Shown one piece after another: positions 51,678-64,000 of a stretch of 64,000 bases of DNA. The notes below the pieces were generated by a model. That model did not search any database. It saw nothing but the letters and a program-made list of their open reading frames with translations, and had not been told where the DNA came from. Location: positions 68,388,001-68,452,000 of the forward strand of contig NW_024704742.1 in the NCBI RefSeq assembly GCF_018977255.1, in the 5' to 3' direction. The stretch is from Callorhinchus milii. Taxonomy: Eukaryota. Position 1 is the first letter of the stretch, and every line of letters starts with the position of its first letter. Made by a program: the position numbers and the translations under genes.

Positions 51678-54124
51678 TAAAAAATAATTTCTGGAAAGAT
51701 TGTTCTGATGTTTCTATACAATTTAAATAAATTATTTCCATTCTCAGTTATTCAAGAAAAGTAGACTGACATTTGAGATGCAGGGGAACCTCGTAACTCC
51801 CAGAAGCCAAGTTATAATTGAAGCGTGAAAAAAGACCACACGGAGAGGTCGCTGCTGACTTAATTTCCTGTGTGCGTGTGCAAGTCGCAGGACAAAATAT
51901 AAGTGAACTCTTCCTGCACAGAATGTAACGTGACTTCAGTGTGACAATTCAGAAGTTGGATCCAGGAAGCTAGTCTGCAGGAGTCAGGTGTACTTTGGTT
52001 GGCACAAATACTATAAGCGAGCTGGGGGTGAATACACATGATTCCCCTATCCGTATTGAACTCCCTTAAAACAATTTTAGATGCAGTGTTCATTTTAATT
52101 GACTTTGAATCCCTTGGATCCATGTTTTGGTCCCTCCTTCAGACAATATGTTAAACAAGGATGCCGGCTGCCTGTCCAGGTGGATGACAAAGATCCCATT
52201 ACACTATTCGAAAAGGGAAGGGAATTTCTCCTTGGGTTCTGGATAAGAATCCCCCAAATAAAATCGGTCATTCATTTCACAGCTGTTTGCAGGCCTTTGA
52301 GATGTATGAAGTGGTTACTGCATTTGCCTACAAACTTTATAGTCACTACACTTTACAGTATATTCTGTGATGTGCCTTGAGTCACTATATCAATTGCAAG
52401 GATTATTATTTTATACAAAGTGGAAATCAGTGAGGAAGACCGGTTTTAAGTCATTGCATGTCTTTGTTTACATTAGAAATAATTGCACATCTAGGGCCCT
52501 TAGGGTTTTGCTTTGCTTGGGTGAAACATGTCTGCATCTGCAAGTATGTGTTGAAATCCTCAAACCTGTCCAGCTTTGCCTTGTGCATCTCCTTACTCAA
52601 TTCAACCTCAGGGAGACTTAGCTTTCCCTCCCCCCCCTCACACACCACCACCACATACACACATCACACACAAAGTGCCTTTAAAAGGGTGAAACCCCAG
52701 TCAATCCACCTTTTGGTCTGTCTAAGATATCTTGGATGACAAATTATTGACCTGAATTGTAACTTTCTCATATCAACAGGTTTTGCAGGTTTCTAAAGAA
52801 CAGTGGAATTGGGAAGATGTATGTTGGCATGGAATTGGCATGATGTATGTTGGTGTGGTGTTGGAAGGATGAGGCTTCAAAAAGTGACGATGAAGTTGGC
52901 AAATGTAAATAGAGGGTGGAGAGAGTTCCAAGGTCCTGTGTACCATTTCAGGTGGACAATAAAGATAAAACTGCTCGACAAGAGAAGGGTGTACTGGCCA
53001 CCAATCCTCCAGATAAAAATTGGTTATTCAATCCTTGCATGTATGTGGAGCACTGCTGTGCACAAATTGGTTGCTACATTCACCTGCAAAGAGTCATTGC
53101 GCTTTACAGAGAAAACCTGAAGTGCTTTGAGAGGTTTCAATGTGATAAGACGATCAATAATAATAATAATCCTTGCATTTGATATAGTGCCTTATCACAT
53201 CTTCGAGATATCTCAAAGTGCTTCACAGAATATACTGTAAAGTGAATTGACTATCTTTTATGAGTGAAATTTAATGATTATTATTAAATATGCCTTATTA
53301 AATTATTAAATTATTAAATATGCCTGTAGTTGTTAAATACAAGTCCATAACAGCATTTAAAGGAGAACTGGATAATATTACAAAAAGATATGAAGAAAGC
53401 AGTCAAAAGGGAATGGGATTAAGAGTATATAGCTCCAGTAGAAAAGCTACCATCAATAGAGATATAGTGGGCCAAACATCTTTCTTTACTATAAACATTG
53501 TATGAAACTTGTCGAAGCAAGAAATAAAAAAATAAACTATGATGAAGCCTGTATATACATTTAAAAAGCCATATAACCTGACATCTCAAGACAGTGGTTC
53601 TCCAGACCTGAAACTTTGTCATCTCAAGGAAAGTGAACGACAAATGTAAATGTAGCCTGAGCACTTCATAATGGGGTATATGCTAACAGGTTTTAAAACT
53701 GCATTATAAGGTCCATCACCATTTTAATTTCAAGTCGATCATAAAAATACTGTGTCAATGCACCCAGGTCTAATAATACTGCATTTGATTTTAATGCTCT
53801 CAATTTTTTAGCTTCAAATACGGCTTTTGTACAAAATTGACTTTGCTCCTGAGGCAATAAACAAGACACCAACAGAACCTCGCCCACAACTAGAATAATT
53901 TGCTTTCTGCCAGCTATAAAATCTCCACTGCACTAAACCTTAAAAGTAGACGTACACATGGCTTTTTTTAAAAAAAGGGCATCAAAATTCCTGTAAATCT
54001 GAAATAACCCTTTCAGTCACAAAATCCCTTTGCTTGTTCCCTGCAGGTTAGGGAATTGTTCAGTGTGCTAATAATTTAGATTGGAAGGTTACAGGAGAAA
54101 GCTTTCAGTTGATCCTCAATATTG

Positions 54125-54515
54125 GAGATGACAGGATTGTTTTCCTTAGAGCAGAGAAGGTTGAGGAGCGATCTAACAGAGGTGTTCAAAATTATGAGGG
54201 TTTTTGATAGAGTAGATATGAAAAAAAATGTTTCCTCTGGCTGGGGTGGGGGATGGGGAACAGAGGCCACAGATTTAAGATAATTTGCAAAAGAACCAGA
54301 AGGGAGTAGAGAATTTGTTTTACCCAGAGTTTTTACGATTGGAATACAATGCCTGTAGCTTTCAAAAGGGAATTGAATACATACTTGAAAAGGGAAAGTT
54401 TGCAAGGCTATGGTGAAAAAGCAGGGAGGTGGGACTAGTTTGAAAAGCTCTTTCAAAGAGCTGGCACAGGCATGATAGGCCAAATGGCCTCCTTCTGTGC
54501 GGTAACATTCTACGA
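54125..54515 (+). mobile_element. CR1 LINE 3' fragment
   Basis: GLFSLEQRRLRSDLTEVFKIMR; 3' end GGCCAAATGGCCTCCTTCTGTGC. Confidence 0.88.
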
Positions 54516-55259
54516 TATTCTTTAAAGGGGGAGTGGTAGAGGAATTTTCTTTAGACTACTGACCATTCACATTCATATGTTCAAAGTTGAACTGTATTAA
54601 GTAAAAGCACTTTAATATCAACATCATTATGTAACATGAAACAATTGACCTGATATTTACTGAACATTCAATTTTTAAAGTGTGACATGCTGCAGAATTG
54701 TCAAATTGTTGTTGATAATCTGTACCACAGTTGCAAATCAAGACAGGAAAGAGACTAACAAAACATTGTTTAATGGTACCTGGTACATGGACGAACTGCA
54801 CAACAGAGCTTTAATTTATTGGGCATTTTGAAACTGAATGGAACAAAGCACAAGTTATTCACATGCCAAGCATGCTAATCCTATGCTTTAGACAATTTTA
54901 TCAACTCTAGTCAATAATTGAACAGGATGTTTTATGATCACAATGTTAATATTCCAATTACAGAATTTATTGATTCAGCACAGGATGCATCAGTAAAGGA
55001 ATCAATTTGTTCATTTTTTAGGCTCCACCTCTGGTAAGCACTCTGAGACAATTCCCCACATGAAGGGCACCATATAAATGCACGTTGTTTCATATCATAT
55101 TCTAAATCAATGCAATTCATGTGATAAATTACTCCACTGCGTTCTCTGATTCACAGGCAGTGACAAGTGGTGTCCCCCACTTGTCAGCATTAAAACGTGC
55201 TCAATAACCTGAATACAGGAACAAAGTGGGCTATTTCCAAAATTGCATGTGACGTTAAA

Positions 55260-55800
55260 ATAGGTGTTGTAAAGCGTGAAGAGAATAGGTGAATAATACA
55301 AAGACAGATTAAACAAGTAGGCAAAACCTTGGCAGATGGGAGTTTCACTTTGTTGTGTGAGGAAGTCCAATTAAGACAAAAAAATAGCAGTTGGGAATAT
55401 GTTCTAAATTGGCAAGTGAGCGCAGAAATCTAGGGGTACTTCATATATCATTAAAATCTAATTTGTAAAAAGAGAAAGCAATCTATAAGGCAAACTGGGT
55501 GCTGGTATATATTACAAGAGATCTGGAAGATAAAAGGAGGTGTTCACCAGTTATATAGAATACTGGTTAAACTTCATTTGGAGCATAGTGTTCAGTTTTG
55601 GATACCCAAACAGATGTAGAATAGACACACTAGCTAAGGAACCGGTGCTGTGATGGTTCACTAGATTAATACTGTTCTTGGGATAAAGGGGTTTAGCTAT
55701 GATGAAAGACTGGATAGACTTGGGTTGTAACCCTCAGAGCAGAGGAAGTGAGTTGATTGAGACATTTAAAATAATGAAACAATTTGACAAGTTGGATTGT
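55260..55800 (+). mobile_element. Old degenerate CR1 RT fragment
   Basis: Residual similarity to CR1 ORF2 (TGGCAGATG..GTTT; CTGGTTA..C..CATTTGGAG.A..GTGTTCAGTTTTGG). Confidence 0.6.
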
Positions 55801-56907
55801 GGCAAACTCCTCCCTTCAGTAGATGGATGCATTACAAGGCTGTGCAATATCTAATAGATGTCGATACTCTTGTTAACACAAAGCAAAATAGATTAAATCA
55901 AAAGCCAAGTCCGTATTTTTGCTTGAACCTCCATGCTAAAATTAAGAAAGAGACCATCTATGCAGTCAAGGTACAGGTATGGAGGGATTTCACGATTAAA
56001 ACATTTAAGTCTCACTTGGATTAGGAAGCATAACCATGCAAAAGCAAACGCCAAGAATTGGGAGTTCTGCCACAGGAAGAGGATGGGTGGAGAGCTATCC
56101 GATAATTTTTCAATTATCGAAATGTCTCTTTTAAACTCAAGCCAATATATAATCTCAGACAATATATTCTGTGAAGTGCTTTGAGAAGCCTCAACGACGT
56201 GATAAGGCACTATATATAATGCAAGGTTTATTAGTATTATTAAGACACAATCTTAACTTCTATCCAGAAGAAGTTTTATGCCAAAAATACATCTGAAGTA
56301 AAATGTAATTTTAAAATTGGTAGCTCCATCCTGATGGTCCATCACAGATTTTTCTATAAAAAATATTGATTTCTTCAACTCTTTCTTTTCAACAATATGA
56401 CCAACAGAAATAAAAAAAAAGGCCTTGCAGTGTTAAGTAGACTTCATTCCATTTTGGGACCAATCTGTACAAATACCAGAGATTCACATAATTCTAGAAA
56501 TGACAGAATAGTTTTGTAGTGGAAAAGACATCTCTCTCATCTTTTCTTGAAGACTGTAATTTCAGTTTAGGATACAGCTCCATAGTGTCAGCTGCCTCTA
56601 GTACCTCACTCATTCTTCATAGTCAACCTAATGCAAGTCTCAGCAGGCGATTCAAATACAAGTGGCCTAATAGCCAAGTTCAACATCCAGCACCATTCAA
56701 CATCTACAGTAAATACTTGCATGTTGCAACAGGGAGAAAATGAGAAGGCAGGTTGGCCTAGAATTATGGAAATTTTTGTCAACATATTGTAAAGTATTAC
56801 ACATTAGTTTTATGCTGCATTTATCTCCATGACTTTACCATAATTTAGAGTAGGATACAATGTCAAGCCACCATGCTGTTTCCAGTTCTCACAAAACTAT
56901 TCCTTAC

Positions 56908-56978
56908 CTTAATCACTGCAACTGCATGTACCATTAAGGGTTAGTTCATCTGGGATCCATAAAATTATCCGAGGATAT
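56908..56978 (-). other. PTPRA: Candidate non-coding 5'-leader exon of PTPRA containing four upstream ATGs
   Basis: tttctgtttatgatttcag|ATATCCTC...GATTAAG|gtaagg. 71 nt of non-repeat sequence with strong splice sites, upstream of the ATG exon on the same strand. Resembles the human PTPRA leader exon as recalled; not aligned computationally. Confidence 0.7.
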
Positions 56979-59540
56979 CTGAAATCATAAACAGAAATAA
57001 TTTGATCATTTTAATTTCCAAAATCTGCAGATAAAAGTAAACTCAAATATAGTAAAGTAACATCCAAAATAAACTTAAATAAATGGTGATTTATCATTAG
57101 ATAAATGATGGAGATGGACAGTCCTACAGAAGTGCGGGAAAGCTGGGCCGTGCAATTTATTGTTGTTGATGTTATTTACGTTAACCTCTCAGTCCCTCTG
57201 ATCTTTCACTCCTTATAAAATGTTACCACCTAACATATACTTGATCTCTTTATTCTTCCTCCCATAACCTTATATTTGTCTACATTAAATTTCAATTGCC
57301 ATTTCTCAACCCAATCCACTAATCTGTCAATTTCTCCCTGAAATTTCTTACAGTCTTCTTCACTGGTAACTTCTCCCTATTTTTGTCTCAACTGTACATT
57401 TAGAAATTATGTCCTTTATACACATGGAACATATGGGCACCTACAAAAGAGCAGATGGGTTTCAGCTAGATGACGTCAAACTCAAAGTTAATGTCAACAG
57501 TATTTCACAAAAAGACATTTAAAAATGAGAAAGGAGCCTTGGATGGATATATTTGTATATAAAAAGACATTGTCTATACCTCATGCTTATCCAAAGAACA
57601 TATATTAAATCTGGCATATAATGAATTTCTTAACAATATACATATAAAACGTGTTGGTTTTGAATAATCTGGAAGTGGATAGATCAGTGGCTTCCTGTGC
57701 GTATTGATTAGAGCACTTGCCTTGCAAACGAATGGGGGTATTGGGTTTGATTCCTGGACGGGGCAAAACCTTAGGCAGGTTTCCTTACGCTACACGCCTC
57801 TGTTTGCCTATACTAAGTAGGAACCTGGTGGTCACTCGATTGGCAGATAGCTTTCCGGAATTAATAATAACTTCAAAATAAATAAACAGGTTACTCAATT
57901 CATGACTGTTTACAGGACACTGTTTATACAGTTGTCCTCAGTTAGTTGCAAATCTTTGTGAAATGAGTTAGGGCAGTGCCAATCCAGGACGAATGGACAT
58001 TGTTCCCAGCACAAATGGTCTTCTAATGGCATTTTCACACATTGTCTGGGACTGTGAAGTGGAGAGAAACAGACAAAGGGGTTGGTGGACCACGTAGTTG
58101 CATCTCTGGCAAGTTAATTTGTTAGACGGTGGATAAATTTATCACATGCATCAAGTTGTTGAGGGGGTCAAATTGCAAAATAAATTTTTTATTATCAACA
58201 TCACTAACCCTCAGATTTTGTTTAAACAAAGGTATTGAATACTGCAAAAATGAAATGGAACAAAATTCCAGAAACACAGCAGGTAACATAATACAGTTAG
58301 ATCACTCTTTCCCAGGCAACAAGTATAGCGCCCTTTAAGCAGGGTTGCGTTTGGAGCACAGAGGCACATCAGCAAGACCCCATTTATCTTCTCTTTCTCC
58401 CACTTCCATCTTGTTTTTTTAATGGAATGATTAGCTTTTACTCTGAAACACTATATATGAAGGATTTAGTATTGAGAAGAAATGGAACATGTCCAACAAT
58501 GATCTCATAGTTGTATTTCATACTTGTAGACCTTTAGTCTACTTAATTGATATCTAATCAATATCATTAAATAACATCTTTGGAGTGGTATACATTAAAA
58601 TCTTTCTTCAGTACATTAATGAACTGATGGGCACACTTTTTACACTTGTTGAATTTAACTCAGTTATCCTTTTGGCCCAGAATCCCTCGATTTTACACTG
58701 TATAACATAAGATTGTCATATCAATCTTGGAATCTGCTTAAATTAACATGCCTCTACATGCTTGTCCCTCGTGCCCTCCTGCTTTTTAAGAGGCAGCGGA
58801 TAGTGGGTTGGGGTGTAAGCAGGTCGGAGCGGTAAGGAGGTGTGAAGGCATGAAGGCATTTGAAGACAAAATGAACAAGTAAAACCCACATATGATATAC
58901 CTAAAAATGTAAAGGATAATGATTCATAAGGAGACAGTCCAGTGAAAGCTGTAAGTTCCAGCCTTCTACATTTTTAATACCTACTTTTCCAAAATGTAAA
59001 CATTCAATTCTTATTTTCTTTTGTGGTGGGGGAGGGGAAAGCAACCACATTACATTTTTTTTCCCGTGGGAAGAGGATTCATTTAATAGTTAGAATAAAC
59101 TTTCAATATTTCGGACTAGCTCTATTCCTTGAAGTTCAAAATCCGTGAACAAATAATTTAATTCCCGGAAGCAATAAATGGCTGTCATTTGGAATGTCTT
59201 CAGACACAGAATTACCCTAAACGTATTTCAAACAGGAGAAACGCTGACCTTTTGTAGATGTAAAATAACCAGAGGTTTATATAATTGTGCACAAATGCCC
59301 TGCATTTGAATTGATCTCATTAGATCAGGCTGGTTGGTTTAAAGGCTCAGTGGTTTATACCTACCACTTCACAAACCAACCACAGAAACAGCGGAAGGTA
59401 TTCATCTCTTCCAATCCGTAACGGTTTCTTTTATCAAATGGGAGTGGCTCAAAATCTCTACTGTGTAACTGCAGTGATAATACCTATATTTCCTTTTCAA
59501 TATTTATTCTAGTAATTTCAAGCACACAAGCAAGATTGAA

Positions 59541-59909
59541 ATAATAATTCTTGCATTTGATATAGAGCCTTATCACGTCTTTGAGACGTCTCATATACTG
59601 TAAAGTGAATTAACTGTATATTTTGCGGATGAAACACAAGGCAGCCAATTGTGCACAGCAGTGTCCCACAAACAGTTGTGGATTGAAGTGACTAATGTAT
59701 TATTATTTTTTTTGAAGGAATTATTACCCCCCAGAATAGCAGGGTGTAATAATTCCCAATCGACTAACAATCAGGTTCCTACTTACTGCTAGGTAAACAG
59801 AGGCGTGTAGAGTAAGGAAACTTGCCCAACATTTCGCCATGTCGGGAATCAAATCTAGGTCTCTCGCTTGGGATGAGAGTAGTCTAACCACTGAGCCATA
59901 GAACTCCAT
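59541..59909 (-). mobile_element. tRNA-derived SINE, long subfamily
   Basis: Full-length homology. Further partial copies or tails at about 520-670, 1190-1460, 3005-3172, 15970-16075, 30165-30270, 31135-31427, 33744-33880, 34805-34950, 35110-35255, 39883-40090, 41297-41478, 41650-41755, 47712-47810, 50280-50390, 53155-53270, 56160-56240, 57690-57925. Confidence 0.85.
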
Positions 59910-61699
59910 GAAATTAAACAACATTCCAGGAATCGAGCTAATCAAAAATAATGAAGGTCGATTTGCATTACTAGATTGATTTCCCCCTCCCTCACAGTGT
60001 GAGAAATGTGACTGCTCCACCTCAAAACAAATTAATTGAATCTTTAAATACTGTAAAAAGTCAGGAACAACATTTGGGTAGCAGAAATCCCCCAAATAAT
60101 TTTTATGCCATGTGGTACACATGTAAACATCATCATAATACTTTCACAACATCAATATCTGACACTGTTCATTAGCAATCTCTAGCCTCACGGGATGGCT
60201 TACAAACCATGGTGTTGTTACATGATCCAGCGATTATGCACCTCAATTAGTATGGTATACCACCATATAACACATGAGTTCTTAATCGAGTGAATTACTT
60301 AAATATTTTGCTCCTGATCTAGTTTGTACCAGTTTTTTTCAAAATGTCTATTGACAAAATTATAAAAATAAACTAAGTTCAATCCTGTAATATACAGAAC
60401 ATTTGTGGCAATGATTAATTGGACCTTCAACATACAGCAAAATCATGCTGTGTGATAAGATTGGAGATATTCACCTCACCAGTACAGAGTCTTGGTGTCT
60501 TGATCCTCAATTGTCTTTCAAACCCCACATCGTAACATGACCCGTTCTACCTTTCCCCACCCGCACAACATTGTCTGTCACCAGCATTACCTCTCCCCTC
60601 AGGCTGCCGAAACCCTCACCCACCACTTTAAGAACAAAACTTTTTTAAAAGTCACATATTGGAAGGAAATCAAAGTTGAGGTGAGAAGTATTGTATCATT
60701 TACAGATTCTTTGCAGAAATCAGCTGCAGAGTTATCCCAATGGGAGTAACTCGAGTGAGATCTTTCGCCCTTCTTTCATAACTGACACTTCAGTTAGAAT
60801 TAGGTCTTGTGGAATTTATTGTGGATGCAGCAGATTAGGCGAGTGAAGGCAGCTGTGGTGGGTTGATCTTCTATAATTAAACATTTCTGAAGGAAAGCCA
60901 TCTGGTCCAGGATCCTTGATGACAATAAACTTCATCTCGGATGGATAATTGCCTGCTCATGCACAGTTGGATGCTCTGATGTAGACTGATCTATACAGAA
61001 TTAATCGCTATCAACATCTCCATAGTTATAGCATGCGACTACCAGGTAGAAAGTGAAATAGATGGACATTGGTCTTTTTTCATCTAGCAATTCGTATATT
61101 CCTGTGCAATAATGTTCATTGCCTGCGCATTCACAGTTGATGTCAAGGGAGCACTGAGGTCTTCAAATACATTATTGTCAAATGAAGATCTTAACCTGTA
61201 ATCAATGCACTGGATTCATTTTCTAACTGGACAAGCCAATTGGTGTTTGTTCGATAGCAGGAACTGATTTCCTGGTAGGAGTGTTTGCTATGTGTTGGCC
61301 CTAGAGTCTCTCTAAATCACCCTCTCCCTCCCCGCTCAAGACTCATCTCTTTGACCATGCTTTCGGTCATCTTTCTCCTCCCACCCTAGACACATTCCTT
61401 TGGATGAGATACTCTTCTAGGTGCTATACTTAGTGTTGCCATGATAATTTTGCACTTGAACTGGGACTACACTAAGAGAGCTGATTACCTAGGAACAGGC
61501 CCAAATGTGGATAAGTAAACAGTGCTGATAATTGGCGGGAAGATAACTAGCATTCTTACCTACAAAATACAGTTACTACACTTTACAGGAAAATCCTGTG
61601 AAGCAATTTGACATCTCCAAATGCAAAAGGCACTATATTAAATGAAAGGATTATTATTTTTAACCTATTCTCATAGCGTAACACTGTTAACAGTATTAA

Positions 61700-62330
61700 C
61701 TTATATTGTACAGCACCCTTAACACAGAGCAGTGCCTCAGATTTTATCAGTGGCAGAGTTCGACGCTGAGCTGGGAGGGGGGCAGGTGACTGAAGGTATG
61801 GTCGAAGAGGAAAGTCTTCAGGTGCGATCTGAAGACTGGTAAAGTGGAGGTATTGAGACAATGTGGCAGAGATAGGCAATATGCTCTTGGTCAGGGAACA
61901 GATGTGGTGTCGGAAGAATAACTGGAGAGCAAACTCGATGTCCAGATTGCGCACAGGAGTCAGTGAATCTGAGGGTTAGGCTGGTGAGGTTAAGGAGACT
62001 GGAGCCGCAAGCGAGAAGACACTGATGGGAGCCAAGAAGGCTTTCATCTTGTCAACAGTCACCTGCAGAAAGTTGGTGGTCATCCAGGCCTTGATGTCTG
62101 AAAATCAAGAGGACAGAACATTGGTGGACCTGGGGTTGCGACTGGAGATGGAGAAATAGATTTGGCTACAGTCTGTAGGTGAAAGTTGATCCCATGTCTG
62201 TGGGTCACATCACTGAGAGAGAGCAGATAAATGAGAAAAAGGGGGTCAAAGTTGGAGTCTTGGGGTCTGCCACAGATGAACCGGCAGAGGCGGGAGAACC
62301 CATTTGCAGAGATCTAGTGATGGTGGTGGG
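61700..62330 (-). mobile_element. Degenerate L2 fragment(s)
   Basis: Nucleotide similarity to the RT region (43500-43810) and 3' UTR of the L2 at 42912-46023. Confidence 0.7.
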
Positions 62331-63514
62331 ACAACAACAACTTGCATTTATATAGCTCCTTTGGGTAGCGTCCCGGAGGATTCAAACCAGTAGAGTACAG
62401 CCCCATTGAAGTGGATGAGGGATTGAACTGACCCTCAATATTTTAGCGTCTCCTCTTATCTCATCCAATGACAAAAAATTAAACTTAAGAACCACATGCT
62501 AGAATCAGACTCATTTTCTGAACTCTCTTCATCCTATCAATGTCTGAAAGCTGAGTGCCCAATTTGCAATAATATTCCAAGTGCAAATTTACAAACAAAT
62601 TATACAGGGTTAACCTCTGCTTGAATATACAATAAAACTTCAGTTCAAAATTCCTTTTTTTTGGCCTCAATTTTCTTCCTCGAGTATTTTTGGGTGCAGC
62701 TTATTAATATGCTAGTTTTTTTGCCAGCAAACAGGGGTCCTGGCACTGGCCTTGAAGACTTCTACAATGAAGTTTGGCTAAAGATCTGAAAACAAAATCT
62801 TTACCTTTCATTTGATTTTGTCATCTATGAAATCTTTCATTAATCTCCCAACCAAGGAGGAAACTGCTGCTTTTGTTCCACAATGCACAGAGCAGGCAGC
62901 AATCTTATAAATACTTTGGTCTCAACAACTGATTGCACTACAGCAATGCTAGCCAGCCAACTTCAGTTGTTTGTAACTGAATATGCAGCGCACACAATGT
63001 TTATTCCCATTTCCTTTAAATGGGTAAATCAATCAGGTTTGGACATCATGGCTGCAGTTTACCGGAAGATCACTGAGTGAAAGGATACTGTTTCTCACCC
63101 TTCAATTTGTTCACTAAAGAAGCACTGAATGAAAGGACGCAGGTGCTATCTACACAGGTGCTTTCGCTCCACATAAATTATAAAGCCCATCAACATTTAA
63201 AAAGGGATAAAAACAATTCTCCTAAAGACTGAGTAGCTTAAAACACTTTAAAAAAGATACATTGCTAGTAAAATACATTAGCTCATTGTTTGTTGCACAC
63301 TGCTAAATTAAAAACAATGCATTTTATCATGACGACAAGTAGTATACTAAAAGTGGTAGGTTCAGGGTGAGGAGGGGAAGAAGGACTAACAATTAGCAAG
63401 TTGTAAAAGATTCAGGCTTCAAGTAAAACTCAGATGTCCTGATGTGAAAGATGCTATATAAATGTAAACTGTACTATGTTAAACACAATTGTGTGGCAGT
63501 TTTAGTGTTGCTAT

Positions 63515-63779
63515 CGGCAGTCGGGCCTTCAGCCTTTCTGCCCCGACCTTTTGGAACTCCATCCCACAGTATCGTCGCTCCCTCCCATGCCTCCTGAAAG
63601 GCCCATCTCAAGACCCTCCTCTTCCACCGTGCCTTCAGTCACTCTCCCACCCCAATCCTCCCTGCCCTTCATCCTTCCTGATTCCACGCCCCAGCTCGGA
63701 TCCAAATCCTGATTGTCCAGCGCCTTGGGATGTCCTCCAGATGTGAAAGGCGCTGTACAAATCTAATTTGTTGTTGTTG
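63515..63779 (+). mobile_element. L2 3' end
   Basis: RAFSLSAPTFWNSIP followed by a (TTG)n tail. Confidence 0.8.
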
Positions 63780-64000
63780 CAAATGGATCTTAAGAACAAA
63801 ACAAACGCATCAAATACAGAAAGAGATTACTACAATCTGCTTGTAAAAAAAGGTTTATTTATGTGGCCAGGTAACGTACGAAAATATTTTTGGTTCTATA
63901 GCTTTCTGCTCAAAGAAATGTTTCAGCTCAGGGTATTAAGTCACACAGGGTTTAGGAAAATAACATCTTCTCCAGCTGAAGTCAATGGGAGTGTACATGT

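Noticed and set aside
500..59909. Recurring ~35-bp hairpin plus (ATT)n as a CRISPR-like array
   Set aside because: Dispersed, in both orientations, with no regular spacers and no cas genes; these are SINE/L2 3' ends in a vertebrate intron.

Overview
Vertebrate genomic DNA, most likely from a cartilaginous fish (inferred from the mix of L2/CR1 LINEs, Deu-type SINEs and a Penelope-type relic). The window holds the 5' half of PTPRA (receptor protein-tyrosine phosphatase alpha) on the minus strand. Coding exons found: signal peptide (25041-25110), mucin-like ectodomain (23923-24198), a 21-nt micro-exon (19658-19678), transmembrane (6719-6803) and juxtamembrane (4329-4402). All have GT-AG boundaries and compatible phases. 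The phosphatase-domain exons lie left of the window and the promoter probably lies right of it. The rest is intron filled with retroposons and short inverted-repeat elements. Most interesting observations: (1) a 71-nt candidate 5'-leader exon (56908-56978) with four upstream ATGs, resembling the human PTPRA leader as I recall it; (2) a minimal hammerhead-ribozyme motif in a Penelope-type relic, sense to the pre-mRNA; (3) an abundant SINE that appears to join a tRNA-Ala head, a CORE-like domain, a Deu-SINE-like 3' part and an L2 tail; (4) a near-full-length L2 nested inside an unclassified repeat; (5) a templated inverted insertion and SINE copies that share 3' flanks. No prokaryotic systems (CRISPR, operons) are present. 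Repeat boundaries are approximate.
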